Below, in pieces: positions 23,201 through 37,596 of a stretch of DNA of 64,000 bases. The notes beneath the pieces are model-generated. The model searched no databases, was not told the origin of the DNA, and was given only the letters and a program-made list of their open reading frames with translations. How positions within the stretch are numbered: the first letter of the stretch is position 1; each line of letters opens with the position of its first letter. The stretch comes from Octopus vulgaris (taxonomy: Eukaryota): positions 4,402,001-4,466,000 of the forward strand of contig OX597814.1 of assembly GCA_951406725.2 (NCBI GenBank), written 5' to 3'. Made by a program: the position numbers and the translations under genes.

Positions 23201-26200
23201 ACACACGCCATCATTACCGTCATCATTTCTCCTTTCTCTACCCACTGTCATCAGCACTTGACATTCTTATAGAGAACTCATTTCTGGACATCCGTCATTA
23301 TTCGGTCCAAAAAAGGCTCATTTGCAAAACGTAACAGCAAAGAAGAGCACACATTCACCCTCTGCATGCAATTAGACTCAGAAAGTTTGTGAAGAACCCA
23401 TGGACCCAATTTGCTGACTTTTCCGATGACATGCAGATATCAGATGAATGGTTGAGTGACCAAATCCAAGCTACTCTGCTAGTTCTTCAACAGTTATGAT
23501 TGTATTTTGTTCCACCATGGCTTGCAGGACATCCTCGTCGAGCTCTACAGATCTTCCAGGACGAGGCTCATCTTCTAGGCTGTAGTTTCTGGAACCACCG
23601 TTGACACTGGCTTAACACTTATTGTCCAATCTCCATGTACTGCATTAATATTCTTCACACATTCCATCGCATTGTTGCCTTTACTGAACTTCATCAACAT
23701 CATCATCATCATCATCGTTTAGCGTCCGCTTTCCATGCTAGCATGGGTTGGACGGTTCAACTGGGGTCTGTGAAGCCAGAAGGCTGCATCAGGCCCAGTC
23801 TGATCTGGCAATGTTTCTACGGCTGGATGCCCTTCCTAACGCCAACCACTCTGTGAGTGTAGTGGGTGCTTTTTACGTGCCACCCGCACAGACGCCCACA
23901 CCTGGCCCCCGTGCCGGTGGCACATAATAAGTACCATCCGTCCATGGCCGTTTACCAGCTCCGTCTGGCACCTGTGCAGGTGGCACGTAAAAAGCACCCA
24001 TAAAGCAAAACAGGCTCCTTTGTTACTTCCATTATAGCTTCGAAAAAATCATCATCTTCGTTTAACGTCCGCTTTCCATGCTGGCATGGGTTGGACAATT
24101 TGACTGAGGGCTGGCAAACCGGATGGCTGCACCACGCTCCAACTTTGATCTGGCAGAATTTCTACAGCTGGATGCCTTTCCTAATGCCAACCACTCAGAG
24201 TGCAGTGAGTGCTATTAAGTGCCACCGGCACGGGGGGGCCAGTCAGGCGATACTGGCAACAACCTCGCTCGAATGTCTTTTCATGTGCCACCGGAATGGA
24301 AGCCAGTTAGCCGCTCTGGCAACGATCAAGCTCGGGTGGTGCTCTTAGCACCCTACTAGCATGGGGCACAAGTGCCAGGAAGGCTAATAATTGTTGAAAT
24401 CGAACTACACTTTTCAAAACTTGAACTAAGAATAAGCACAAGGTAAAATTACTACCTGTTTTTATAGCAAGTTGATGCAGGTAGTTTATCCGGTCCCCCT
24501 CCGACTTTTAGTTCATGCAATTGAAAAAAACTGCATTATTTATGGGATGACCCAATATAATTACAGGTTCTACTCTTTTCAGCTCCAGGAGGCAGATGAA
24601 GACAATTGAAAATGCTTTGAGAACTTTATTGTGGACAAAAGAAAGAAAATATAGCCAAACAATTATTCTGTGCTGATGAAGGGAAATAACCTGGAATTCG
24701 CAATACACAGATATTGTTTTGAGCTGAGTCGGGGGGGGTGCTAGATTCCCTTGTTTGAAAATATAAGGACACAGATCGTGTCGTATAGCCAGCTGGAGAT
24801 GATGTCTCCTGGGGCTAAAATTACAGCAACATTCATCCTAAACCAGGACTGTCGTGTTATGCTGGCAAACAATCTTTACTCCAAAGTACTGTTGCTGAAT
24901 ATCTCACATTGTGAGATTTAAAAATAGTAATTTTATAGACATTTTTATCAACCTATTCTACCACTTTCAATCATTTTATCAGATTATTTAGACATTCTGA
25001 AAGAGAAGGGAAAATAAATGGAAATGAATTAATCTTTCGTGATATCACTTCTGAAGGTGCACATGCTTTCTTCCTTATATGTCAACTTCAAAAGCTGATA
25101 TCATAAAAGATTAGGTTCCTTCCAAATGTGGTCCATGTCCCCAACCTGACCCTGACTGGTTCCTGTGCTGGTAGCAAGTAAAATGCACCATCCAAACGTG
25201 ACCGATGCCAGTGGTGTGTAACTGGCTCCTGCGCTGGTGGCACATAAAAAGCACTCACTACACTCTCGGAGTGGTTGGCATTAGGAAAGACATTCAGCTG
25301 GAGAAACATTTTATTTCTTTATTGCTAACAAGGGGCCAAACAAAGACAGACAGAGGGATTAAGTCGATTACATCAACTCCAGCATGTAACTGGTACTTAT
25401 TTAATCAACCCCGAAAGGACGAAAGGCAAAGCCGACCTCGACTGAATTTGAACTCAGAACATAACGGCAAACAAAATACCACTAAGACATTTCACCCATT
25501 GTGCTAACGATTCTGCCAGCTCACTGCCCTATTGTAGAAACCTTGCCAAATCAGACTGGAGCCTGGTGTAGCCTCCTGGCTTACCAGTCCCCAGTCAAAC
25601 CGTCCAACCCATGGAAAACGGACATTAAATGATTAAATTGTCTTTTTAAGTTGTTGGAACCAGTACCATATTCTAGCAGAATGGAAATTCTTTCATTTAT
25701 CCATGAAAAGGTTCTCAAAACATTTCCTTCTTTTTACTATATATATATATATATATATATACATAAAGTTAATCCAAACAAGAAAACAAAAAGACAACAA
25801 CGCAAGGATGTGGAACAAATAAAGTATTATTGGATGCTCAGGAAAGAAGGGAAGAAGGAGGGTATGACGTTTCGAGCGGAGCTCTTCGTCGGAAACATAA
25901 GAGAAAGAAAGATCCCGAGGTGGGAGGACAGAGGGAAAAAAATGCATACACACACACACATATATATAGTGCCATCTGACTGGCACACTACACTTTCGGA
26001 GTGGTTGGCATTAAGGAAGGGCATCCAGCTGTAGAAACTTTGCCAGATCAAGATTGGAGCCTGGTGCAGCCTCCTGGCTTGCTAGTCCCCAGTCAAACTG
26101 CCCAACCCATGCCAGCACGGAAAATGAATGTTAAATGATGATGATGTGTAAGTGTGTATGTGTATATACATATATATATATATATATGTATATACATATA

Positions 26201-28666
26201 TATACATATATATACTAGCAGTATCGCCCGGCGTTGCTCGGGTTTGTAAGGGAAATAACCATCATCATCATCATCATCGTTTAACGTCCGTTCTCCATGC
26301 TAGCATGGGTTGGCTATATAAGCATTTTTAGAGATGTTAAGTATAATAGCCATCTCAATATGACTCACCACAAAGGGGGGGTTTACCGTAGCTTTTTACA
26401 TTCCGAGATTTAATAATAAATTTTTAGAGAGTTACTTCCCTTATATATGCCAAAAATACCTTAAAAATGGGAAAAATTGATGGTAATTTTTTTTTTAAAT
26501 CATAGACTCATCGTAGACGCGCGCTAATACCCAGAAGGGCTCGATATGAATCACGACTATAAGATACCCGCAAAATGTGGGAGTAGTTAGGAATCTAAAT
26601 CGTAGGAGACAGACACTCACACAATTTCACTTTTATATATATATACACACACACGCATATACATACATACAGGTGGGGTGCAAAAGCAGGTATACAGTAT
26701 CACACCAATGCTGTAATGCTTAATTCATTAAAATTATTAGCACATTAAATTAGTTAGCCTCGTTTTTGATATTTTTCAGTGTCATTAATTATAATAAAAA
26801 ATTTATCGTAAGTATAATAATATTTTTATCATAACTTAATTTTTTTGATAAAAATAAATGATGATGATGATGAGTGTTGTATGTTTTTCTTTTTTCATAA
26901 CTGTATACCTACTTTTGCCCCACCCACTGTGTGTGTGTGCGCGTGTATATATATATATATATATAGATAGATATATATATATACAGGTGATATGTAACTA
27001 AATTCTTTTTTTAAATGACTTGCTTTGAAGTTTTGCATTCGGTACAATTTGTTTATTTTAGTAGTTTTGACCGCAAGGGTCCCTCTTAGCGTGCGGTATC
27101 TATGAATAGTAGTACCCTCTATATAATATAAATATATATATATATATATATATATTATTTTATGTAGAAAAATACAAACTGGGACAAGAACGCAAAACAT
27201 TTAGAAGACGATACAAAAAACACGGACGGGACATTCGATGCCTTCAATCTTCAGTCAAGAACCGGATCATCGTAGCAATTTCGGCTGGTTCTTGACTGAA
27301 GATTGAAGGCTTCGAATGTCCCGTCCGTGTTTTTTGTATCGTCTTCTTAATGTTTTGCGTTCTTGTCCCAGTTTGTATTTTTCTACATAAAATAATATAT
27401 ATAGCGGCGTCCGTACCCTCTTTGGCCTTGTATGTAAGTACATATTCCTATATATATAAATATATAGATATATAGACATACATACTTGTTCTCATTAATT
27501 CCACCAGCCTCAGCTCGTTTAGATGATGATTCCGTCAGGGCTTTTGTTATCGATTTCAGTTTCTTGTCATCTTCTTGTTCTCTGAAAAGAAATATCGAAA
27601 TACAGATGTGTGTGTGTGTGTGTGTGTGTGTATTTTTGTGTGTATATGTATTGTGTGAAGTGTGTGTGTGTGTGTGTGTGGTGTTTATGTAAGTGTGTGT
27701 GTGTGGGGGAGGGGTGATGTGCTCCAACCTGGCCAACCTCTTTCATTTAAATCTACGGGTCCCAAGCATGACTGTGGGGCTTTGCAAAGCAGGGTTCAAT
27801 TCCTTTACATTCTATTTTGGTTGGATTTCTTGGTCTGACCAATGAATGGAATTTACATGCAAAAGTTGTGCAAACCCATCTTGTATGTACCAGGCACGGC
27901 TATGGGTGTGTGGGCTTGGGTTCAGTCCCACTGCATGGCATCTACGAGTACCCATTACACTCTAGGAGTGGTTGGCCTTTACAAAGGGCATCCAGCCATA
28001 GAAAACCATGCCAAATCAAACTGGAGTCAGGTGCAACTCTACATCTTGTCGGCTCTGTCAAACCGTCCAACCCATGCCAGCATAGACAACAGATGTTAAA
28101 TGATAATGATGATGATGATATATATATACTGTACTCTACTCTCTCTAATGCCACTGAGAATGTTACATCATTTGTGTGATGTGAAAAATATTCCATCAAT
28201 ATTGCACAAATGATGCTGGCATCAATTTAAGAAAACCATCCAAGACTTGGCCCCAGTGCTATCCGCCCACTACAAAAATCGAACTCAGGACACAACAACA
28301 TTACGTCAGAACTTCTTTACCTCAACCAGTCCGGCTCCCTTTAATACCAAAAGTCGTAATAACAGATATGGATCCCATAAAATTCAAATGTTCCCCGGAC
28401 AAATTTCTTCGAAAAATCCCGGACCCACCTCCTACACCCGGATATGTCTCCAACGATAATAACTCTTCGTCAGAGTGGGCCACGATGCCCCATATATGAC
28501 TAAAAAACTTAACCAGGTGGGGCAATTGAGTTAGACATGGCCTGGGCCTATACTGACCGAAATCTATCAAAGTTATACACACACACACACATACATATAT
28601 ATATACATACATACATACATACATACATACATACATAGACATACATACATATATATATATACATTC

Positions 28667-28705
<39 letters not shown>

Positions 28706-28821
28706 CATTCATATATACACATACATATATATATATATAAATATTCATATATAGATATACAATAAATACACATACATACATATACATACATAGATATACT
28801 TACATATAGACATATACATTC

Positions 28822-28863
<42 letters not shown>

Positions 28864-29121
28864 TCATACGTATATAGATATACATACATACACATACATA
28901 TAAATGATGATGACAGTGATGATGATGATGATGCCGATGATGATGATGGTGGTGGTGATGATGATGGTGATGACGAAGATGATGATGATGCTGACGATGA
29001 TGAAGATGATGATGATGATGCCGATGATGATGATAATGATGGTCATAACGATGGTGATGATGATGACGATGATGGTGATGATGGTCATGACAACGATGGT
29101 GATGACTGTGATGATGATGAA

Positions 29122-29154
<33 letters not shown>

Positions 29155-30513
29155 GATGGTGGTGATGATGGTGATGATTATGATGATGATGATGTCAATG
29201 GTGATGCCGATGATGATGAAATCGAGAGCGATGACGATTACAATGGCAGGATTTACTCACTGTTGCAGCTGGTTGATGAGATTGTTCTCCACCAAATCCA
29301 TCAAGCACAGCAAGTTCTCCTGTTCCTTGACGGAGTTCCGCAGTTGTTGGACGACGTGTTTCCGGAGGAAGTCACTGTCAATAGGCAAACCTGAAACACA
29401 CAAGCACAGAAAGAAAAAAAAGGGCCTCCAGCCTTACAGGTTCCTTTTTTGAAACAATAACGATGACAGCAAGGACCCACCAAGCACTTACATCACTAAA
29501 TAAATAACAACCCAACACCACAAAAGACAAGCATTTGTAACAACAGTAGTGGTGGTGGTGGTGGTGGTGGTGGTAGCAGTAGTAGTAATAGTGGTGGTGG
29601 TAGTATTAGTGGTATTGGTAGTAGTAGTAGTAATAGTGGTGGTGGAGGTAGTAGTAGTAATGGTGGTGGTAGTAGTAATAGTAGTAGTGGTGGTGGTGGT
29701 AGTAGTAGTAATAGTGGTGGTGGTGGTGGTAGTAGTAATAGTGGTGGTGGTGGTGGTAGTAGTAGTAATAGTGGTGGTGGTGGTGGTAGTAGTAATAGTG
29801 GTGGTGGTGGTAGTAGTAGTAATAGTGGTGGTGGTAGTACTAATGGTGGTGGTGGTAGTAGTAGTAATAGTGGTGGTGGAGGTAGTAGTAGTAGTGGTGG
29901 TGGTGGTAGTAGCAGTAGTAGTAATAGTGGTGGTGGTAGTGGTAGTAGTAATAGTGGTAGTGGTGGTAGTAGTAATAGTAGTAGTGGTGGTGGTGGTGGT
30001 GATGGTAGTAGTAATAGTGGTGGTGGTAGTGGTAGTAGTAATAGTGGTGGTGGTGGTAGTAGTAGTAATAGTGGTGGTGGTTGTAGTAGTAGTAGTAGTA
30101 GTACCTTCTGGAATGTTGTCTCCAATCTCAACGGCAGCCTGGAGGTATTTCTCTGTTACATCTGGAATCAGTTCGTCTGGCGAAGAAGTCTTCTGGGATC
30201 CGGCTTTATGAGCCTGCATATATATACATATATACAACAGGGTGAGAGGCTGATTACAAAGGGGTTGTTAGAGATACGGCATGGATGAGCGGACATAGAC
30301 AGGGTGCCAGTTCCCGGAGGAAGAGCTCCATCAGTTCTATTGCTTTATCTTGAACTAGCACCATGACGCCGGGTCATAGTGCTAGTGCATGCATATATGC
30401 AGCTGCATGTGCGCGCACATACACGCGAGTACTGTCCAAATCTCTGATCAATCACATACAGCTAGCTGGCATTCAATTGGCGTATCAAGTTTTAAATAAA
30501 TAAAATAATAATA

Positions 30514-30552
<39 letters not shown>

Positions 30553-33500
30553 TGTGTACAGTGCTCAGGTGCACTACAACTCATCTAAAGTGTATATATA
30601 ATCAGGTGTAGTTTTGGCGGATTTCGGAAAGCATGAGGGCCTTAAAGGATGCAGTGTCATGGCAGTCAACAACTGATGCAGGCAGTTTATTCCATGCTTC
30701 AGCAACTCTGAGCGTGAAGAAATGTTTCCGAAAGTCATGGGAGCTGTGTTGTTTTCTGACTTTGTAGGCATGTCCACGTGTGTTAGACACATGGAGATCA
30801 AAAAGGTGTTCAGTGTTGTTGTTGGTGAGGTGGTTGATAACTTTGTGGGTGTTTACCAAGTCCGTCAGGCATTTTGATTGGGATTTGGATAGAAAATCCA
30901 CAAAAAAGTCACTTCTATTGATTTTTTAATGGCTTTGAGGGGTGACTGGGAAATGTAAAGATGTGCACGACCACCCTTGGACGGCTTTGAATGACAATAA
31001 AAAGTGCGAGCCCTCTAATTGAAAAATTGTGGATTTGTATAAAGGACACACACAGACAGACATTTTGCTGTTTATATATATAGAGATGGTGACCTTCCAG
31101 ATGATGACCGACACAACTACTATATAGAGATGATGACAGACACAACTTCATTTACCTTGACCTAGAAATCCAAAGACTTGTGGAATGAAGTGGAATGGTA
31201 CAGTATTTTCTCAAATACCTTTGCAAAAGGGTTGCCATATCCTAAATTCTTTACCCCTGTCCCCTTGTCACTTTTGATGTCTTCTGTTCCACATGCGACA
31301 ACAGCCACTATTGTCTTCTAAATTTACAGGGCGCAATGGATAAAATGTCGCCATTTTATATATTGTAGGGTCAGATGGGCACTGTCTGTGAGAAAAACAG
31401 TACCATGACACAATTCACTCTGCCAGAAATTTGGAAACAACAAGCTATACTGCTTGGCATTCATGATGATGACGATGATGACACAGTTTTAAAAATTAAA
31501 ATAGCTGGGGGGTGGGGTTTTATCAAAAACCATTTCCTTACTTTTAAAATCTCAGCCCAAAGATCTTCACAAGCATCATGTAGAACCTACAAAATAAAAT
31601 GTTACATGTTTTTAAACATCTCAAGTAAATACCATTTGAAATACAAAGGTGGGTACCACTAATCAAGGAAGTTAACTTCAATAAACCATTAACGTTAATT
31701 TTTATTATAGAAAAAAAAAATCAGTTTTTCCTCTAAAAACCTCCAAAAAACACCTTTAAAAAGTGCCAAAACTATAAAATCCGTTAACTTCAATTCATTT
31801 GAAGTTAACGGAAGTTAATTAGTACAATAATGATTTCCAAAGTTAACTTAAAAGTTAAATCGTTCGTGTAAATGTTAACTTCGTTAACTAACGATTAATG
31901 GATTAATGGTTTGGTGCCCAGGTTTGTTAAAATGTTAGTCAAAATCTCACATTTTACAGAAAATTAAGGCAGCATGCCAGGCAAAAATGGTCAGCAGCTT
32001 TTTTCGTTTGTCTTCAAAATTTGAACTTCAGTTCTGCTGAGGTCAACTTTGCCATTAAATCCTAAAGGAAGGGGGGGCGATGAAATGAGTTGAGAAATGA
32101 GGTTGATGTAATCAACTTAACCCACCTCACTGAAATTGCTGGCCTTGTGCCAAAATTTGAAACCGATACATTACAGAAAGCAAGGAGAGGTTTTCCTTCA
32201 GGTTTATCAAAGTTCCATCGTAAAAATTACAAAATGTTGAAAAAAAAAAAAGTCTTCAAAAGCTGGTTGACATTGGGAATGTTTGTAACTGGGTCGACCA
32301 CAACAGAGCACCATATTTCTTTATGGTACTTACTGTATACCAGGGGTTCCCAACCTTTTCACTACCAAGGACCCCTTTTATTTAAATGAATTTTCTCACA
32401 GACCCCTTTTATATGCTGATCCTTACAAAGGCAATGACCAAGACCTTTGGCATTCTCGTGCTTCAGAAGAAGACCCGTCAAGCCGAATATAATCTCAGTC
32501 GTGGCAGATACCAGTGTCACACAAATGTCACCTGTGCCAGCGGCATGTAAACGCACCCTGGTGTCACACAAATGGCAACCATGCCGGTGGCATGTAAAAG
32601 CACCCCTTACACTCTCAGGGTGGTTGCCATTAAGAAGGGCATCCAACCATAGAAAACCATGCTAAATCAGACTGGAGTCTGTCCCAGCAGCCTTCCAGTG
32701 TGCCAGCCCTGGTCAAACCATCCGACCCATGCCAGCATGGACAACAAACGTTAAATGATGATGATGATGATATGAAATTTTGAATTTAGTTCACAGAACA
32801 CCAGTACTACCTTTGCGGACCAGCAAAGCTTTGATTGGACTGGAGCTACAGCAGAAGGCCCTTGCCCAAGGTGCCATTTAGTGGGACTGAACCTAAAACT
32901 ACACGACTGGGAAGTTACCTCCCAAACCACACAGTCATGTCTGCATCCATGTGTGCCATGTGTGGCACAGTTTGTGTCATCCCACTCACAAAACATTGGA
33001 TAAGAAATTTTGACAAAGACATTTATCCTTTCTATTATAGACACAAGGCCTGAAATTTTGGGGGAGGGGACGCTAATTGATTACATCAACCCCCGTGCGT
33101 AACTGGTACTTATTTAATCAACCTCAAAAAGATTAAAGGTGAAGTCGACCTCGGTGGAATTTGAACTCAGAACGCAGCAACTGGCAAAATACCGCTAAGC
33201 ATTTTGCCCGGCGTGCTAACAATTCTGCCAGCTTGCCACCTTACAAACAAACAAAGAGAGATGTGATGACACTTGCCTGAATTGAGACAGAAGAGGATGG
33301 AACTAACGCCATGGTTCTGTGAAGCAAACAAGTCTAGACTAATTAACAACAACTCATAATTAGATAATTATTATTTAGTTCATTCTATACTTACTTTATT
33401 CAGTTTTGATTCTGTAACACTCTCTGGGGGGTCATCTGCAAACACAAAGAAATATATTATTATTATTATCATTATTTATCATCATCATTGTTTAATGTCT

Positions 33501-36500
33501 GTTTTCCATACTGGCATGAGTTGGACGGTTCAACTGGAGTCTGGGACACCAGGAGGCTGCACCAGGCTCCAGTCTGATCTGGCAGAGTTTCTACAGCTGG
33601 ATGCCTTTCATAACACCAACCACTCCGTGAGTGTAGTAGGTGCTTTTTACATGCCATCGGCACGGAAGCCAGAGGAGGCTGGCATCGACCACATTCGGAT
33701 GGTGACTTTTACGTGCCATCAGCACGGGAGCCTGTCAAGGCAGCAGTGGCATCAGCCACATTCAGATGGTGCCCTTTATGTGCCACTGGCACAGGAGCCA
33801 GTAGGGGTGAGGGGGCTGGCATCAGCCACATTCGGATGGTGCCCTTTACGTGCCACCAGCACAGGGAGCCAGTCAGGTGGAGCTGGCATCAGCCACAACT
33901 TCAATTCCCATTTGATTGTGGTTTGATTTGATTTTTGATTTTACTCGACTCCATAGGTCTCCTCAAGCACGGCAGGTCACCCTACGATTCAAAGGTACTT
34001 TTTTAAGTGGGTTGGTTATGCGACACTGGTGTAGGGCTACAGCTGTGATCTCACTTTATTCGCCAGGTCTTCTTCACATTATTATGTCAAGGTGCACGGC
34101 TTAGTGGTTAGGGTGTTGCACTCACGATCACTGGGTCATAGTTTCAATTCCTAGAATGGGCGGTGTGTTGTGTTCTTAAGCAAAACTCTTCATTTCATGT
34201 AGCTCTGTGATCCCTTTCACACCTGATCCATGATACACTTGTGCACCTGTTTAGGCAACATCGATTTGGTGGAGAGAGGGAGCGAACGTGAGGCACAAAC
34301 TTTTGATCTCTATAAGCAAATTTGAACTCAGAACGCAGCAACTGGTAAAATACCGCTAAGCATTTCGCCCGGCATGCTAACGATTCTGCCAGCTTGCCAC
34401 CTTACAAACAAACAAAGAGAAATGTGATGAAAGGCACTCGCCTGAATTGAAACAGAAGAGGATGGAACTGAAGCCATGGTTCTGTGAAGCAAACTTCTTA
34501 AAGTACGCAGCCAAACAAGTCTAGACTAATTAACAACAACTCATAATTAGATATGATCATCATCATCTTAACACAGTCATTTTTCTATGCTTCCATGAAT
34601 CACACAGTTTGTTGAGGCAGATTATTTTACAGCCGGATGCTCTTCCTGTTGACAACCTTCATCTCTCTATATATAAACGGCAAAATGTCCGTGTGTGTGT
34701 GTGTGTGTGTATCCTTTATACAAATCCACAATTTTTTAGTTAGAGGGCTCGCACTTTCTATGGTCATTCAAAACCGTCCAAGGGTGGTCATGCACATCTT
34801 TACATTTCCCCAGTCACCCCGCAAAGCCATTAAAAAATCAATAGAAGTGACTTTTTTGTGAATTTTCTATCCAAAACCCAATCAAAATGACCGAAAGTTG
34901 ATATGCCAATTGAATGCCAGCTAGCTGTATGTGATTGGTCGGAGATTTGGACAGTATTCGCATGTATGTGTGCACACACGCAGCTGTATATGCATGCACT
35001 AGCACTATGACCCGGCAACACCGGGTCATAGTGCTAGTACTTTTATAAACAAGGTAATAACTTCCCCCTGACCAGAGACAATTCCAGGGAAGACTGGAAA
35101 GAAATACGTTGCTTCTACGATGGTGATGCTCATTTAATGTGATATAAGACAAGGAGACACCTGCAAACACATACACACACACGGCAGGCTTCTTTCAGTT
35201 TCCACAACCAAATCCTTTCGGAAGGCTTTGGTTAGCCCCGGGCTATAGGGAAGACACTTATTTAAGATGCTCCATGGTGGGACTGAACCTACAACCTATG
35301 TGGTTGTGAAGCAAACTTCTTAATCGCACGACCAAACTTGCACATAAAAAGAAATAAAATAGTAAAGATAGAAAAAAAAGCCACAAATTCAATTCTATCA
35401 ATATTTTTCCAATTACAGCAGACATTGCATGAATTTGTCTACAAATTATAAAAGAGATTCGTTTGGCCTCACTTCCCAGCCACAGCCGACATCATACATG
35501 AATTGTCTCCCTTGCATGCTCGGCTGAAAACATTCCAAATCGTTCCCTGACCAGGTTAGGCGAAGGAACTTTTTATTTGGGACTTCATTAGTTGAAACAC
35601 AGCCAATGAATTTTAATATCAAAGATGGGACTAATTAACGATCTGTTGGTGTTTATGGCCACATGTCTGCCCTAAAGAACACAGCTCTGATCAAAGGAGG
35701 GGGAGATAGTAACAGAACAAAAAGAAGAACTGGAGGTTCCTACAGGACAACTTAATGAGGGCCACTGCGCTAGTTTGGGGCTGGTGCGAAGTTACCTGCA
35801 GACCTAAGGTGACATGGTGGTCAAAAAGTGAAGTAGACAGGGCCATTTGAGCAAGGAACACGACTGGAAGAGAGATGGTAGCAGAGAATTCTATCAAGTA
35901 GCTTCAAGGGAAGCTAAGAGGCTGGTAGTTTTAGCCAGGAGAGAAGCAGAAAGGAAGAAGGTGTTTCAGATTGCAATACAGAGTGTCAGAGAAAATTGCG
36001 ATGTTGCAGGAGAGAAGTGTTTGCATGGACGAAGGCTCACTTGCAGTTAGTGATTCTGCAAAGAGGCATGGAAATACCATTATGAAAGCTTGCTCAATGT
36101 AGAGAACTCATGGAAGGAGAGCCTGCCTAATGTGGGCCCAACAATCAGAATAGACAGTAGCTGGGTAGATAAAGCTATGAGGGATATGAAGACAAAGGAA
36201 GCCTGGTGGGGTGGGATATGGCCTGGTCACCCATGTAGTTGATTGGATCGTCCATGAAGGAGTCATACCCAACAACTGTTGTAGCAGTACCATAACTAAT
36301 TGCTACAAAGGTAAAAATAATTACAGAGGTATCAAATTGCTGAGCCAGGTGATGAAAGTCACGGAAAGGGTCACGGCTTAATTAATTAGGAAGAGAATTA
36401 ACCTAGATGAGATGCAGTTTGGTTTTGTGCCAGGGAGAAGTATTTAACCAAAAATAAACCTCCATACTTGGCTTTTGTTGACATGGAGAAACCCTCTGAC

Positions 36501-37106
36501 AGGGTATCCTGCTCCCTTACCAGGTAGTCAATGTGGAAGCTAGGGATAGATGAGTGGTTGGTGAGAGTTGCACAAGCCATGTACAGGGGTGCTGTCAGTA
36601 AGGTGTAAGTCAGAATTGGGTATAACTAAGAAATTAGCGTACAGGTGGGAGTTTACCAAAAATCAGTTCTCAGCCCCTTCGTTTACCATAGTCCACCAGG
36701 TCTCAACAGAGATTCAAGTCTGGTTGCTCTTGGCAGTTCCTCTATGCTGATGGCCCTGTTCTTATTACTGCACTACCAGAACTAGAAGAAATTTCAGGTG
36801 TGGAAGCAAGACTTGTCTATTTAACACCCCCATCCAACATAAAAGGTGAGTATCGGTTGCAAGTATTTGAGTCAGGTCCCTAGTTTGAAAGTAAGCTGTC
36901 CTGGGCGAAATACTGTCTACTCTTTGGCAAGATATAACACTACCATGTTGTTAGTTGTCGGAGCACTGCATCCTTCAAAACTTCCATGCTTCCTGAGATT
37001 CGCCAACACTACACCTGATTTTCTCCTCTCCATACACACACAAGCATGTATCTGACTCATACACTGTTCGCGTGGAATCAAAATTTACTGAATTTCTTGT
37101 AAGTAC

Positions 37107-37148
<42 letters not shown>

Positions 37149-37562
37149 GCAGGCGCAGGCATGGCTGTGTGGTAAGTAGCTTGTTTACCAACCACATGGT
37201 TCAGGGTCCAGTCCCACTGCGTGGCACCTTGGGCAAGTGTCTTCTACTATAGTCTCGGGCCGATCAAAGCCTTGTGAGTGGATTTGGTAGACGGAAACTG
37301 AAAGAAGCCCGTCGTATATATGCATATATATATATATATATATGTGTGTGTTTGTGTGTCTGTGTTTGTCCCCCAAGCATTGCTTGACAACCGATGCTGG
37401 TGTGTGTTTACGTCCCCGTCACTTAGCGGTTCAGCAAAAGAGACCGATAGAATAAGTACTGGGCTTACAAAAAGAATAAGTCCCGGGGTCGATTTGCTCG
37501 ATTAAAGGCGGTGCTCCAGCATGGCCGCAGTCAAATGACTGAAACAAGTAAAAGAGTAAAGA

Positions 37563-37596
<34 letters not shown>

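Noticed and set aside
29488-30237. Mucin-like poly-Thr, poly-Val and Leu/Pro ORFs
   Set aside because: Intronic microsatellite; only 30105-30213 is a real exon
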